A DNA stretch of 64,000 nucleotides from Camelus ferus (GCF_009834535.1 NC_045697.1:29018001-29082000); one strand, 5' to 3'; positions 49,435 to 63,259 are shown, numbered from the stretch's first letter. Notes: generated by a model from the sequence alone, not told the origin. Numbers and translations: made by a program.

Positions 49435-49900
49435 GTTGTGTTGGTTTCCAAAGGCTGCTGTAACACAGCACTGCAAACTTGGTGGCTTAAAACTAATGAA
49501 ATTTATTGTCCCACAGTTCTAGAGGTGAGAAGTAAAAAACCAAAGTGTCTGCAGGACGATGCTGTCTCTGAAGTTTCAAGGGGACAATGCTTCCTTGCCT
49601 CTTCCAGCTTCTGGTGTTTGCCCACAATTCCTGGTGTTCCTTGGCTTGTAGCTCTAGCTCTCCCATCTCTGCCTCTGTCTTCATATGGTGTTCTTCTTCT
49701 GAGTCTGTCTCTGTATCCAAATTTCTTTCTTCTCATAAGGACACTAGTCATTGGATTAAGGACCCACTCTAATCTACTAGAACCTCATCTTAACTTGATT
49801 ACATCTGCAAAGATCCTATTTCCAAATAAGGTCACATGCACAGATATGCGGGTTAGGACTTCAACATATCCTTTTGGGGACACAATTCACCCTATGATAG
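49435..49900 (-). mobile_element. MaLR LTR (MLT1C/D-like)
   Basis: ggctgctgtaacacagcactgcaaacttggtggcttaaaac...tatttccaaataaggtcaca. Confidence 0.85.
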
Positions 49901-52419
49901 GCATGTAGTAGATACTTGACAAAATAATGTTTTAATTTAATTGAAGTCACAGGCTCTTCATATTAAAAGAAAGATTCATAGAATAAGCAATAAAGTTCTA
50001 GTTATCTAAGGGAAAGTATAATAAAAGGAAAGTATACACTGATTTGTAGCCAATAATTCATGCCAGTTGAGGGGAGTAAAGTAATAAAAATAAGCAGATA
50101 GGAGAAAAGTAAGGATGGAGATTATGAGAGATGTAATGAAAGATCTCTTTCTTTTCTACAGGTTTCCTTATCCAAGTCACAGCAATCCAAATGCAATAAA
50201 ATTTCTACTTTACACTGTATGTACCTTAATCACATTTAGAAATAAGTGACACACCACAGGTTGAAAATGCAAGGTTTAGGATTATTCAAGACCTGAACAC
50301 CCATTCTCAAATTAGGGGAGGGGGAGTTGTCTCCAGGGGATACAGCAGAATGGAGAAGTGGCTTTGGTTCAAAAAAGATTATTCCATATAGTTATTGCTT
50401 TCATTCATCAAACTACAGGAAGCAAAACTAACTAAATCTTGGCTGGTGGGGATATAAAACTTCAGTGTGAGAAAGCTTTGAAGGGAGACTAGGTTGATTT
50501 TTATAGTTGAGAAACACTAGGCAAGAATAATTCAGAATCATAAATTGTAAAACAATTCAGTATCTTCATGGAGACAATAAAAGTCTGGTTCTTCTTGAGT
50601 TTGGGGGGAACAGCATTTTGACAAACTCTGCCCTTGAGTTCTCTTTTATGGCTATAAACGAGAAAAAAAGTTTTCTTTGCCCTATATCTGGTCTGAAGAC
50701 TGTCGTTGGAGCCTGATTAATTTTGTCATTTACAGACTAACTCCACTTGCAGGTCCCAAGGCTAGAAGGTTGATATATAAATCCAAAGCAAGTGAAGTGC
50801 TTTGTTCCAAGATCTTGGATATTTGTAACAGAGCTCTTCCCCCATCCCTGAGAGTCTTGGGCTGGGTCGAAGTGAATTCGAGGCCAAAGTTGATGTGATA
50901 GTCGTTGTTTGCTTGATTATTTAATGAATAAGTGGTGCACGACTATAGCAGTAATCGAACAGTTGCAAGGGCCTAGTATAGCCCAGAGGTGTCCCTGTAA
51001 TCCAGAAAACCTACTTAGAGATAGAGATTTGTTATTCTTCACCAGCTACATCGAATCCTTAATGGCTGCTTTTGTGGGAAGTTATTTAAGCTGTAAGCCT
51101 ATCTGAGCCTTCACATGTAACTTAGCTGTAGATCATATAGCAACTGAGATTCTCATATCAGATAACTGGGCCAACATCCAGAGACCAGCTACTAGGCAGA
51201 GAGCAAACCAACATCCAAGTGTTCTTTGTCCCTAGGGGTGGACTCCAAGTGTTCCAGTCCCTGCCTCATCTTGGGCAACTGCTGTGGGGTCAGAGCTACA
51301 GAATTCTATCCTTTGTGGAGACAAGTTTTATTATTTGATTCAACACTTACTAGAGAATTAGGCAGTTACTTTCAGTATTTTTTAGAATGTTCTGCAAATG
51401 GAACAAGTAATAAAAAAATTTTGCAATGAGAAAGAAAAAGAAGTAGAATGGCTTTCCCTACTTTTATCAGGGAGCAAAATCTTTCCCAGAAGCCCCAGCA
51501 GTATTCCTTGTACATCTCATTGACCCAAACTTGGTCAATTGGTTACACACCCCTAAACCAGTCACTGACAAAGGTTAGACCACACCTTTGCATAACTGGT
51601 TTTAGAGCAATCAGATTTTTCCCCCTGGGGCTGGAAAGGGGTCCACCTTCCCTTACCACATTGTTGCAATCCCAATACTGAACAAACAGCAGAGCTCTGT
51701 TGCCAAGGAAGATTTTGGTTGGGTAGCCAAAAGTGTGGATCACAACAACAGTGGGAAAAAATAGAGTATAGGGCACCAATTAATCCAGGTATCTACACAA
51801 CATTCTTTATATAATATAAACTTGTCCCTATCTTGCCAAAGTAGACAGCAACCTTGAATGAGAAGCAAAAACTCTTCTCTGGGTTCTTGTTTATTGCAAG
51901 TAGTCCAATTAAAGACCCCACCAACTCTGAGACGAATCAGTCAATACCAATACAAGACTGGTTCCTAAAACCAACTGAAAGTCTGAAACTTAAACCCTTT
52001 ACTAGTTTTTCTCAGAATGTGTCTGCTTTGATAAATATAAAAAGAACTTTAGAAATGAAGTAAATATTAAGCCAACATGAAAATCAGAAAAGAAAAAAGA
52101 AACAAAAATGTTGAACAAGACTTTGAAACTACATCCATTAAGTCAACCTTAATGCCTATGAATGATTGACTACCACCCAGTTATGAGTGACAGAAATAAT
52201 ATAAAATGAAAGTCACTGTCTCAGAGGTTAAAATGTTAGGTGCCATCCAATGCAGGGGATTCATTCTATTTTTTTAACCTTAAAGATATATGTGTGTGGT
52301 GTGTATAATTCTATTAATAGGAATTTCTCCTGCCTCCATTAAAATAATGACAAATATTTACTGAACATTGCTTTGAAGAGGTGCCCAATCCTATCCTGTC
52401 TGGAACACCCAATCCGGCT

Positions 52420-52630
52420 CTGTCAGTGAGACAGTGGGTGTCGGAGGCAGGGACTTTGGCATTCAGCAAGCTGGTCTTGAACACGGGCTGCAGCAGCAAT
52501 CCACCTCTGTGAACTTGAGCAGACCCTTAATCTTTTTGACTCTCAGTTCTTGAGTTGTAAAATGGGAACAACCCTCACAGTGTTGCTGTTCTTATAAGGT
52601 GCCTGATTCATAGTAAATGTAGTTACTTTT
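52420..52630 (+). mobile_element. MIR
   Basis: tgtgaacttgagcagacccttaatc...ctcagttcttgagttgtaaaatggg. Confidence 0.6.
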
Positions 52631-52647
52631 AACTCTTTGTTAGGAGC

Positions 52648-52813
52648 CATAGTTTTCAGTATGGGGTTCCCAGACCAGCAGCAACACACACTTAGGAATG
52701 TGTTAGAAATTCTGGGGTTCCATCTAAGAGCTACTGAATCAGAAATTCTGAGGTGGGCCCAGCAATCGGTTTCAACAGGCCCCCTGATGCGCACTCATGT
52801 TTGAGAACCACTG
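52648..52813 (+). mobile_element. MER5A-like MITE
   Basis: agaccagcagcaac...ctactgaatcagaaattctgagg...gtttgagaaccactg. Confidence 0.75.
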
Positions 52814-52866
52814 TGTGGAGCGAGGGCAATGGTCAAACTGCTGGCATTGAAAACAGCTCCACTTGA

Positions 52867-55800
52867 GAATTTCAGTCAAGATGGCGGAGTAGTAGGACCA
52901 CAAATTCACCTTTCCTCACAACTGCAACAAAACCACAACTGACTGGTAAACAACCATCAGTAAAAAATAAAAAGACTGGAACCTACCAAAAAAGATCCTC
53001 TTCAACTGGAAGCATAAAGAGGGAACCTCAGCAGGATGGTAGGAGGGATGTGCTCACAATATAATTAGGCCCCATGACCCCCGAGGTGGGCAACCCACAA
53101 GCTGAAGAATAATTAAGTCACAGAGGCCCTCCCACAGGAGTGAGACTTCTGAGCCCCATGTCAGGCTCCCCAGCCCGGGATTCTGGCATTGGGAGGAGGA
53201 GATCCCAGAGCATCTGGTTTTGAAGACCAGCGGGGCTTAACTGCAGGAGCCCCACAGGACTGGGGGAAACAGAGACTTCACTCTCTTGGGAAGTGCACAT
53301 AGAACCTCACACATGCCAGGTCCAAGGGCAGAGGCAGTGATTTCATAGGAACCTGGGCCAGACTTGCCTAATGGTTTTGGAAGTTCTCCTGGGGAGAAAG
53401 AGGTCAGCTGTGGCTCACCCTGGGGACATAAGAGCTGGTAGTGGACATCTGGGGAGTGTTCATCTACATGAGCTTTCCTGGAGGCTGACATTTTGCTTGA
53501 GTCATTAGCACCAAGACCTGGATCCACCTAACAGCCTGTAGGCTTAAGTGCTGGTACACCTCAGGCCAAACAACATACTGGGTGGGAACAGAGCCCCACC
53601 CATTAGCAGACTTCCTGAGCCCACAGCCACCTCAAGGCACACCCCTAGGCACAGCTCTACTCACCAGAGGGCCAGGACCCAGCTCCACCCAGCTGTGGGC
53701 AGGCCCCAACTCCTCCTGCCAGGAAACCTGCATAAGCCTTTAATCCAGCCTCATCCAACAGGGGCCAGATACCAGAAGTAAGAAAACAACAGTCCCAAAG
53801 CTTGTGGAAGGAATACACAAACACAGGCCTGACTACACTGGGACTGGCTGGACCACGGTCCTTGGGTGACAAGAGAGGAGTGTACTGCTGGGATGCATAG
53901 GACATCTCCCACAGAGAGCCACTTCCCCAAGGTTGAGAAACATAACTAACCTACCTAAAAATACAAATAGAAATTTAGACAATATGAAGCAGCAGAGGAA
54001 TATCTTCTAGGCCAAGGCACAAGATTAAATCCCAGAAGAAGAAATAAGTGATGAGAAGATAGGCAATCTACCTGAGAAAGAGTTCAGAGTAATTATGGTG
54101 AAGATGTTCAGAGGTCTCAGAAGGAGTACAGTTGCACAGGGAGAAGTTTTTAGCAAAGAGTTAGAAAATATAAAAAATACCCAAACAGAGTTGAAGAAAG
54201 CAATTACTGAAATAAACACACTAGAAGGAACCAAAAATAGACTAAATGAGGCAGAAGAACAGATCAATGAGCTAGAAGACAAATTAGTGGAAATCTCAGC
54301 TACAGAACAGAAAAAAGAATGAAAAGAAATGAGGATAGTTTAAGAGAACTCTGGGACAACATACAGTGCACTAATATTTGCATTACAGGGGTCCCAGAAA
54401 GAGAAGAGAGACAGAAAGGACCTGAGAAAATATTTGAAGAGTTATGGCTGAAAACTTCCTTAACTTGGGAAAGGAAACAGTCACCCAAATCCAGGAAGCA
54501 CAGAGAGTTCCACACAGGATCAACCTAAAGAGGAACACACCAAGGCATACAGTAATCAAACTGACAAAAATTACAGATAAGGAGAAAATATTAAAATCAG
54601 TAAGAGAAAGCAACAAATAACATACAAGGGAACTTCCATAAGGTTATCAGCTGATTTTTCAGCAGAAACTCTACAGGCCAGAAGGGAGTGGAACAATATA
54701 TTTAAAGTGATGAAAGGGAAAAACAACCAAGAATACTCTATCCAGCAAGGCTCTCATTCAGATTTGATGGAGAAATCAAGAGTTCACAGATAAACAAAAG
54801 CTAAAAGAATTCAGCACCACCAAACTGGCTTTACAACAAATGTTAAAGGAACTTCTCTAGGTAAAAAAAGAAAAGGCCACAACTAGAAACAAGAAAAGCA
54901 ATCATGAGGGGAGGAGGGTACAAATGCAGGGTATCTAAAATGCATTTGAAATTACAATATCAGCAACTTCATATAATCTTGTATATATATATATATAGAC
55001 TTCTATACCAAAGCCCAATGGTAACTGCAAACCATTGTAACTCTACAGTCATCAAACCACAAGGAAAGAGAACAAAAAGAAGAAAGGGGGAAAAAAGACC
55101 TATAAAAACAAACCCAAAACAATCAACAAAATGGCAATAAGAACATACATATTATTAATTCCCTTAAACATGAATGGATTAAATGCACCAACCAAAAGAC
55201 ACGGTTGGCTGAATGGATACAAAAACAAGACCCATATATATGCTATCTACAAGAGACCCACTTCAGAGCTAGAGATACATACAGGCTGAAAGTCAGGGGA
55301 TGGAAAAAGATATTCCATGCAAATGGAAACCAAAAGAAAGCTGGAGTAGCAATACTTATATCAGACAAAACATATCTTAAAATAAAGATTGTTACAAGAG
55401 ATGAAGAGGACACTACATGCTCAAGAGATCAATCCAAGAAGAAGATATAACAATTGTAAATATATATGCACCCAGTACAGGAGCACTTCAATATATAAGG
55501 CAATTGTTAACAGACATAAAAGGAGAAATCAACAATAACACAATAAATAGTGGGGGACCTTAACACCCCATTTACATCAATGGACAGATCATCCAGACAG
55601 AAAATCAATAAGGAAAAACCAACCTTAAAGGACACATTAGACCAGATGGACTTAATTGATAGCTATAGAGCATTCCATCCAAAAGCAACAGAATATACAT
55701 TCTTCTCAAGTGCACACGGAACATTCTCCAGAATTGATCACATGCTGGCCCACAAAGCAAGCCTCAGTATATTTATGAAAACTGAAATCGTACTCAGCAT

Positions 55801-56056
55801 CTTTTCTGACCACAGTGCTATGAGGTTTAGAAATCAACTACAAGAAAAAAACTGCAAAAACTGTAAACATGTGGAGGCTAAACAATATGCTATTAAACAA
55901 CCAGTGGCTCACTGACGGAATCAAAGAGGAAATAAAAAACATACTTTGAGACAAATGAAGACAAAAACACAATGATCCAAAACCTCTGGGACACAGCAAA
56001 GACAGTTCTAAGAGGGAACTTTATAGTGCTACAAGCCTACTTCAGGAAACACGAAA
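52867..56056 (+). mobile_element. L1 5' portion (5'UTR, ORF1, ORF2 endonuclease region), 3'-truncated
   Basis: gtcaagatggcggagtagtagg start; ORF1 and ORF2 remnants (WIQKQDPYICYLQETHF, GDLNTP, FSRIDHML); same family as 33830-40455. Confidence 0.92.
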
Positions 56057-56270
56057 CCAGCTCCACTTTCTACTGTGTGATCTTGAGTAGGTTACTCAAC
56101 TTCCTTGTGCCTCAATTTCCTCATCTGCAAAATGAGGTTAATGGTTATAATGGGTATATCTGTCCCACAATGAACTGCTGTAAAGACTGAATGAGTTAAT
56201 ACATATAAGGCTCTTAAATGGGACCTAGACTACAGTAAGTGTTTAAGAAATGCTAACTGGTATAATTAAT
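56057..56270 (+). mobile_element. MIR (5' part missing)
   Basis: tgtgtgatcttgagtaggttactcaacttccttgtgcctcaatttcctcatctgcaaaatg. Confidence 0.8.
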
Positions 56271-56667
56271 TATTAATAGTCCTATTGTAGTTCTTGTCCT
56301 GGTATGAACATTTCCAGGCCAAGGGTGACTGGGGTGAGGTGACAGGTCCACTGTGATGTTTTGGCATCCCTAAATATTTCCTCTGTTCTGGAACTTCTGC
56401 TCCACTCTCATCCACAATGGTTTGAGGAAATGGGAACGGTAAGAATATACAAAAAATATGTCTTTGCCAAGAAATTGCTAAGTCTTGTCCTGTTGAGACA
56501 TTGAGGGAGCAGATTAAATCCTGTTTGAACTGTCAATCCCTGTGCATCATGGGGATTCAACCAAATTTAACTGGTTCTTATGAGTTCAATTTTCTTTTGT
56601 AAATGCTAATTAGCTTTTTAAATTTAAGAAGTAATTCATAAAGAGAACAAATACTCTGTAACTCCCC

Positions 56668-56925
56668 TAGGTATGAGCTACCTAGTGGTCAAATTCATAG
56701 AGACAGATAGCAAAATGGTGGTTGTCAGGGCCTGAAGGGAAGGAGAAATAAGGAGTTAGCATTTAAAGGGTTCAAAGTTTCAGTCTGGGAAGATGAAAAA
56801 AAGTTCTAGAGGTTGATTTTGGTTGCACAACAATGTGAATATACTTAACGCTACTGAACTGTATGCTTAAAAATGGTTAAAATTGTGAATTGTATGCTAT
56901 GTGTATTTAAACATGAAAAAAGAAT
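56668..56925 (+). mobile_element. L1MB-like 3' end
   Basis: gtcaaattcatagagacagatagcaaaatggtggttgtcaggg...gctactgaactgtatgcttaaaaatggtt. Confidence 0.8.
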
Positions 56926-57309
56926 TGATAGAAAAAAAGTTATACATGGATTTGGAGGGGGGACTATGCAGAAAAAAAGTTTTTAAAAAGAATCTCATGA
57001 TTCTGGGATGCAGGCAATGTTCTATTCTTTCACCTGGTTACATTGGTCCTGATTTTATAATATTCCATCAAGCTGTTCTTTTATGCAGTCTTATGCCTTT
57101 GCGTTATATCACAATAAAAAGCTGGGACAAAGTATGAGAATGATAAATACTTAAAAATCATCATCCATAGACCTACAGATCTATCCAGAGACAATCACTA
57201 TCAATGATTTCGGATATTTTCTTTCTATTTTCTTCTGCATCTAGCTATATATTTGTTATTCACTCATTCAGCTAGTGTCTACAGAGCACTGTTTTATGTG
57301 CTGGGGTAT

Positions 57310-57868
57310 ACTAGTTATCTACCATTGAATAGGAAGTTACCCCAGAACGTAGCAATTTCAATCAACAAACATTTACTATCTCACAATTTCTGTAAGTCAC
57401 GACTCTGGACATGGCATGCGTAAGTGCCTCTGATGTAAGGTCTCTCATGAGGTTGTACTACCATTGGGCCATAGTTTCATCTGAAGACTCAGTTAGAAGA
57501 GTATCTACTTTTAAACTCACTCGCATGGGCCTCTCTTCCTCACGGCTGTTGAGCTAAGGGCCTCAGTTCCTTGCTAGCTCTTGCCTGGAGGCCTCCTTCA
57601 CTTCCTTGCTGCTGAGATGTCTCCACCAGGCTGCCCCACAACATGGCCGCTGGCTTCCCCCAGTGCAAGTGGTCTAAGAGAGAGAAAGAATTCTCAAGGC
57701 AGAAGTCACTGACTTTTCATAGCCTAAGGTCAAAGTGACACTTTTGCTGTATTCAATTTGTTAGAAGCAAGTCCATACATCCAGCCTACACTCCAGGGAT
57801 GCGATTACACAGGGCAGAACACCAGCATATGGGGATCACTGGTGCCATCTTAGAGTCCGCTGCCCACG
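57310..57868 (-). mobile_element. MaLR LTR (MLT1-like)
   Basis: tagttatcta...aacaaacatttactatctcacaatttctgt...ggggatcactggtgccatcttagagtc. Confidence 0.7.
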
Positions 57869-59302
57869 GGGATGTCGTAGTGGACAAAACAGACAAATAA
57901 CCCTTCACTCACGCAGCTCCCATTCTTGTGGGGGAAGTCAAATACCTGGTATGTTAGAAGGTGATAAATGCAAAGAAAGAAGATAAATCTTAGAATTTTA
58001 TACAGCCTTGTTCTTGGAGCAGAATTACTGAGTCCAAAGATCTAATTTTTAAAAAAGATTTGACTTTTTAAAAAATCAAGTGTTAGTTGCAACAAAAACC
58101 CAACTCTGACTCATTTATGCAGAATTAATTAACTAATTTTACTTTATTGAAAGGCCTGTGAGTAGTGCACAGAATCTCAGGGCAGACAAGACAACCCTGG
58201 CCAGGAACAATGCCTCCAATTGCATGACAGAGCTGATCATATCAATTCAGCATGGCCATCACTGCAGGGCACGGACTCTACAGTCTTTAGTACAGATATT
58301 GTAGAGCTTGGACAGTGGACACAGGCCCCAGAACCAACTCATCTGCCACCTCTGTTGCTGCCATCTTTGCCAGGAGGTGTTTCATAAAGTCCCCATTTCT
58401 ATACATCAGCGGCACTCGATCCAGGTCATATATCTGCTAGGTAAAGCCTAGATTGGAGCCACAAGGGAGACTAGGAAAACAAGTTCTTGGCAAGTTTAAC
58501 TTCCATGGTAGGAAGTGGATTTTATTTCATAAAGAGGTTCAGATGCTGGGTGGTCAAAGGGAGAATGAACACCCACCAAAGCTATTTTTAAGATTCTCAA
58601 TATATACTTCCAAGGGGCTTTCGTGCAATATTGTGCCAATTAGTTTGCTTGTCAGCGGTCTATTTGTCCAGTGCATTGAATCCTGACTGGCGATGATAGT
58701 TTCCATCTGTTTTCAATCCACACTCACCTTCTTGGTGACCTCATAGAGTCTTAAAAACTGCTGATAACTCCGAAATTCTTTTTATTAATTAATTAATTTA
58801 TTTAACTCCAAAATTCTTTACATCCACCTTGAGCTCTCCCCTGAACTTGACTCATAGATCCAACTACCTTCCCCACCTCTCTACTGGATGTCTGACAGGG
58901 ATTTCATTTTTAACATGTCCAAATAACAAAGATTCTGATATCACTACTGCCCCCCCAACCCCATACCTGCTAAAAACCTATGTCTTCTTCCCTCATCAAT
59001 AACTGAGAACCTTTACCCTAGTTGTTCAGGCTAAAATCCTTAGAGTCATCCTTTACTCCCATCTTTTTCTCCTATCCAGGATTCAATCCATCAATCAATC
59101 CAGTCAGCTGTACCTATCCTCAAAATGATCAGAATCCAACCCCTTCTACTTCATCCACCACTATTACCTGGTCCCACCACTATTATCTCTTGTCTGGGTT
59201 GTTGTGATAACCTCCTACCCAGTCTCCCAGCTTCTGCCCTTGGGAACCTAGAGTCTGTTCTTAGCCCAGCAGTGAGAATGATGCTGTTAAACTGTAAATC
59301 AG

Positions 59303-59880
59303 TTGTTGGAGGCTGAATTGTGTCCCCCAAATTCATATGTTGAAGCCCTAACCCCTTGTACCTCAAAATGTAACTCTATTTGGCTATTTGGAGGTAGAAC
59401 TTTTAAAGAAATGATTAAGTTAAACGAGGCATCGAGCTGGGCCCTAGTCCAATTTGATTAGTGTTCTTATAAGAAGAGGAAACTGACATACAGAGAGACA
59501 CAAGGGCTCCACATGCACAGAGGAAAGACCATGGAAGGATGAAGCCAGAAGGGTGACCATTTGCAAGCCAAGAAGAGGGGCCTCAGAAGAAACCAGGCCT
59601 GCCCACATCTTGATCTTGAACTTGCAACCTCCAGAACTGTGAGAAATTAGGGGTGGGGGAGGGTATAACTCAGTGGTAGAGCCTGTGCTTAGCATGGGTT
59701 CAATCCCCAGTACCTCTATTAAAAAATAAATAAATAAACCTAATTACCTCCCCTTGAAAAACAAAACAAAAAAAACAACAACAACAACAAAAAAAACAGA
59801 ACTGTGAGAAATTAAATTCCTGTTGTGTAAGGCACTCAGTCTGTGGTATTTTGTTACAGCAGCCCTAGCAAACGGATACA
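59303..59880 (+). mobile_element. MaLR LTR (MLT1A/B-like)
   Basis: tgttggaggctgaattgtgtcccccaaattcatatgttgaagcccta...tttgttacagcagccctagcaaacggataca. Confidence 0.85.
59650..59796 (+). mobile_element. vic-1-like tRNA-Ala SINE with 18-bp TSD
   Basis: gggtataactcagtggtagagc...ggttcaatccccagtacc...cctaattacctcccc + A-rich tail; TSD cagaactgtgagaaatta at 59632-59649 and 59797-59814. Confidence 0.9.
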
Positions 59881-60449
59881 GCAGATTACACCCTCCTTTC
59901 CCCAAACCCTCTGGTGGCTTCCAATTTTATTATAAGTTGAAGCTGAAGTTCTTACAATGACCTCCAGGGCCCTATATCATCTGGCCTTCACACCCTTTCT
60001 CTAACCTTACTTCTATTACTCTCTACCTTGCTTATTCTGTTCTAGCCATTCAACCTTTCTGCTGTTCCTTGAACACAGCAGCCACATTTTGGCCTCAGGG
60101 CCTTTGCAGTTTCAGGCATCTCTACTGAGAAGCCCTTTCCCAAGATATCTGCATGGCCCACTCCTTCATCTCATTCAGTTACTTACTCGTCCCTGGCCAC
60201 CTTGTCTAAAAGAGTACTTGCCATTCTCCATCTTTGAGACCCTACCCTCTCTGGCTTTACTTTTCTTTCTAGCACTTACCACCATCTAACATACTATATA
60301 TGTTACTTCTTTTTTTTTTTTTTTTTTAATTTAAACTTATCTAGTTATCAATGGGGCAGAATTTTTTTCAGGAAAAATTTAAGTCATTTACATTTACTTT
60401 CTCTGTTCTGTCTACTCATGTTCTTTGGCCATTAAAAAAAAATCAGGGC

Positions 60450-62196
60450 CCATTGGATTGGAAGACTCACCACTGTTAAAATGGCCATACTGTCCAAGTC
60501 AATATACAGATTCAGTGTAATCCCTATCAAATTGCCAATGACATTTTTCACAAAACTGGAAAAAAAATTTTTTTAATTTGTATGGAAACACAAAAGACCT
60601 TGAATAGCTAAAATAATCTTGAGAAAGAAGAATGGAGCTGGAGGAATCACTTTCCCTGGCTTCAGACTAAACTACAAAGCTACAGTAATCAAAACAGTAT
60701 GGCACTGGCACAAAAACAAACATATAGATTAATCGAACAAGATAGAAAGTTCAGAAATAAACCCACACATTTATGGTCAATTAATCTATGCAAAGGAGAC
60801 AAGAATATACAATGGAAAAATACAGTCTCTTCAATAAGTGGTGCTGGGAAAACTGGACAGCTGCATGTAAAAGAATAAAATTAGAACATTCTCTAAGACC
60901 ATGTATAAAAATAAACTCAACAGAGACTCAACAGGGATTAAAGACCTAAATGTAAGACCAGATACTATAAAACTCCTAGGGGAAAACATAGGCAGAACAT
61001 TCTTTGACATAAATTTCAGCAATATTTTTTTCAAACCAGTTCCTAGAGTAATGGAAATAAAAACAAACATAAACAAATGGGACCTAATTAAACTTAAAAT
61101 CTTGTGCACAGCAAAGGAAACCATAAACAAAATGAAAAGACAACCTACAGAATGGGAGAAAATATTTGCAAATGACATGACTGACAAGGCACTGACTTCC
61201 AAAATATACAAACAGCTCATGCAGTTTAATATCAAAAAACAAGCAACTCAATCAAAAAATGGGCAGAAGACCTAAATAGACAGTTCTCCAAACAAAATAT
61301 GCAGATGGCCAGCTGACACATGAAAAGGTGCTCAACATTGCTAATTATTAGAGACATGCAAATCAAAACTACAATGAGGTGTCACCTCACACCAGGCAGA
61401 AAGGCCATCATGAAAAAGTCTACAAAGAATAAATGCTGGAGAGGGTGTGGAGAAAAAGGAACCCTCCTACACTGTTGGCAGGAATATAAATTGGTGCAGC
61501 CACTATGGAGAACAGTATAGAGATTTCTTAAAAAACTAAAAATAGACTTACCATATGATCCAGCAATCCCACTCCTGGGCGTATACCCAGAGAAAACTGT
61601 AATTTGAAAAGATAAGTGCACTCCAATGTTCACAGCAGCTCTATTTACAGCGGTGAGGACATGGAAACAACCTAAACATCCACTGACAGATGACTGGATA
61701 AAGAAGAAGTGGTATATATATAGGGGTGTGTGTGTGTATAATGGAATATTAGTCATAGAAAAGAATGAAATAGTGCCATTTGCAGCAACATGATGGACCT
61801 AGAGATCATCATATTGAGTCAGGCAGAGAAAGGTAAATATCAAATCACTTACATGTGGAATTAAAAAATATATATGATGCAAAATCTATTTACAAACCAA
61901 AAACAGATTCACAGACTTAGAAAACAAACTATGGTTACCAAATGGGAAAGGGTGGACAGGGATTAATTAGGGGTTGGAGATTAACAGACACACGTTACTA
62001 TTTATAAAACAGATAAACAAGGACCTACTGTGTAGCACAGGGACCTATATTCAACTTCTTATAATGACATATGATGGAAAAGAATCTGAAAAGAAAAAAT
62101 ATATATATAATTCACATATATGTATAACTGAATCACTTTGCTGTACACCTGAAACTAACAGTATAAGTCAACTGCACCTCAATAAGATTTTTTTTT
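60450..62196 (+). mobile_element. 5'-truncated L1 (3' part of ORF2 and 3'UTR)
   Basis: ORF2 peptides [19 protein letters not shown] and WDLIKLK; TSD aaat(c/t)agggc at 60440-60449 and 62197-62206. Confidence 0.9.
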
Positions 62197-63103
62197 AAAT
62201 TAGGGCACAAAGACAATGCTTTCTCTACCCTTTTAAACAGCCTCCCCCCCAACATTAATAACTGGTGTAAGTTATACATTAAAGAGATTAAGCTTTTTTC
62301 TGCCTAATTTTGTAACATACATATTTTTGATTTGTAGTTAGCCACTTTATGATTTTTTAAACAAAAAAGTTTACATTTTTATATAGTTAAATCTATTGTG
62401 AGTTCTTCCTCTGATGCAAGCTTAGTCTTAAAGCAGCAGCTTTTTATAATTCTGTCAATTTCCCAGTACATCCCTCTTCATCTAATTTCCAGAGACTCCT
62501 CTGGTGCTCACTCATCTGAAATTCACTCACCTGGGGCAGGTGACAGCAAGCTGTTTTCCTGCAAGGAGTGACTGTAAGGAGTTTTTATAACATTGACTAC
62601 AAATGAATTTTGCCCTCATAAAACTGTAATTGTCAGCAAATAGTTATATGAGTTTAGGATTTTTTTATGGTGCCATTCAGGCCCCAGTCTCATTAATAGG
62701 CTGATGATCTATTTCAGCACCAATGTCCAGAGCTATCTCATCTTCTAAGCTTCCTCCTATCCATCTCTAGATGCCAGTCACCGCAGTAAGAAGCTTCCCC
62801 TACTCCAATACCACAGAGTTTTGTGGCCTCTGGCAAGAGGCGGAAATGGAGTCACAAAAATGCTTAAGCAATATGCTACAACTTAAGCACCAAGTAAGAA
62901 GCTGATATTAAAAATGTTTAATAACCAGAATGGTGCAGATAGCAAACACAAATAGACAACAGCAGACACTGACCAATCAGAACAGATGTGGGTGTGAATT
63001 CTAACCAACCAGAACAGAGGCCACTGTAAACAACCAGGATCGCTCATCACCAAGAAAAGGCTCTTTTTCGGTAGTGCCAGGACTTGGGTTCCAGAGCCTC
63101 TGC

Positions 63104-63193
63104 TCTCTCTCTCTCTCTATCTCTTTTTTTTTTTAATTGAAGTATTGTTGATTTACAATGTGTTAGTTTCTGGTTTATAGCATAGTGATTCAG

Positions 63194-63259
<66 letters not shown>

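Larger units (their letters stand above)
58715..60320 (+). mobile_element. L2 fragment interrupted by MLT1 and SINE
   Basis: ctctcccctgaact...ctactggatgtctgacagg; ttccttgaacacagc...ggcctcagggcctttgca; tagcacttaccaccatctaacatactatat. Confidence 0.7.

Noticed and set aside
49114..49908. 264-aa ORF, the longest in the ORF track
   Set aside because: Non-ATG start; it runs through old repeat sequence and an antisense MLT1 LTR; no recognisable domain.
50640..51120. Unique stretch that might be a viral or coding relic
   Set aside because: The frames I checked have stops or no recognisable motifs.
52867..62196. A single L1 split by 4.4 kb of inserted DNA
   Set aside because: The intervening DNA is older (MIR, L2, MLT), and the 60450 piece has its own TSD.
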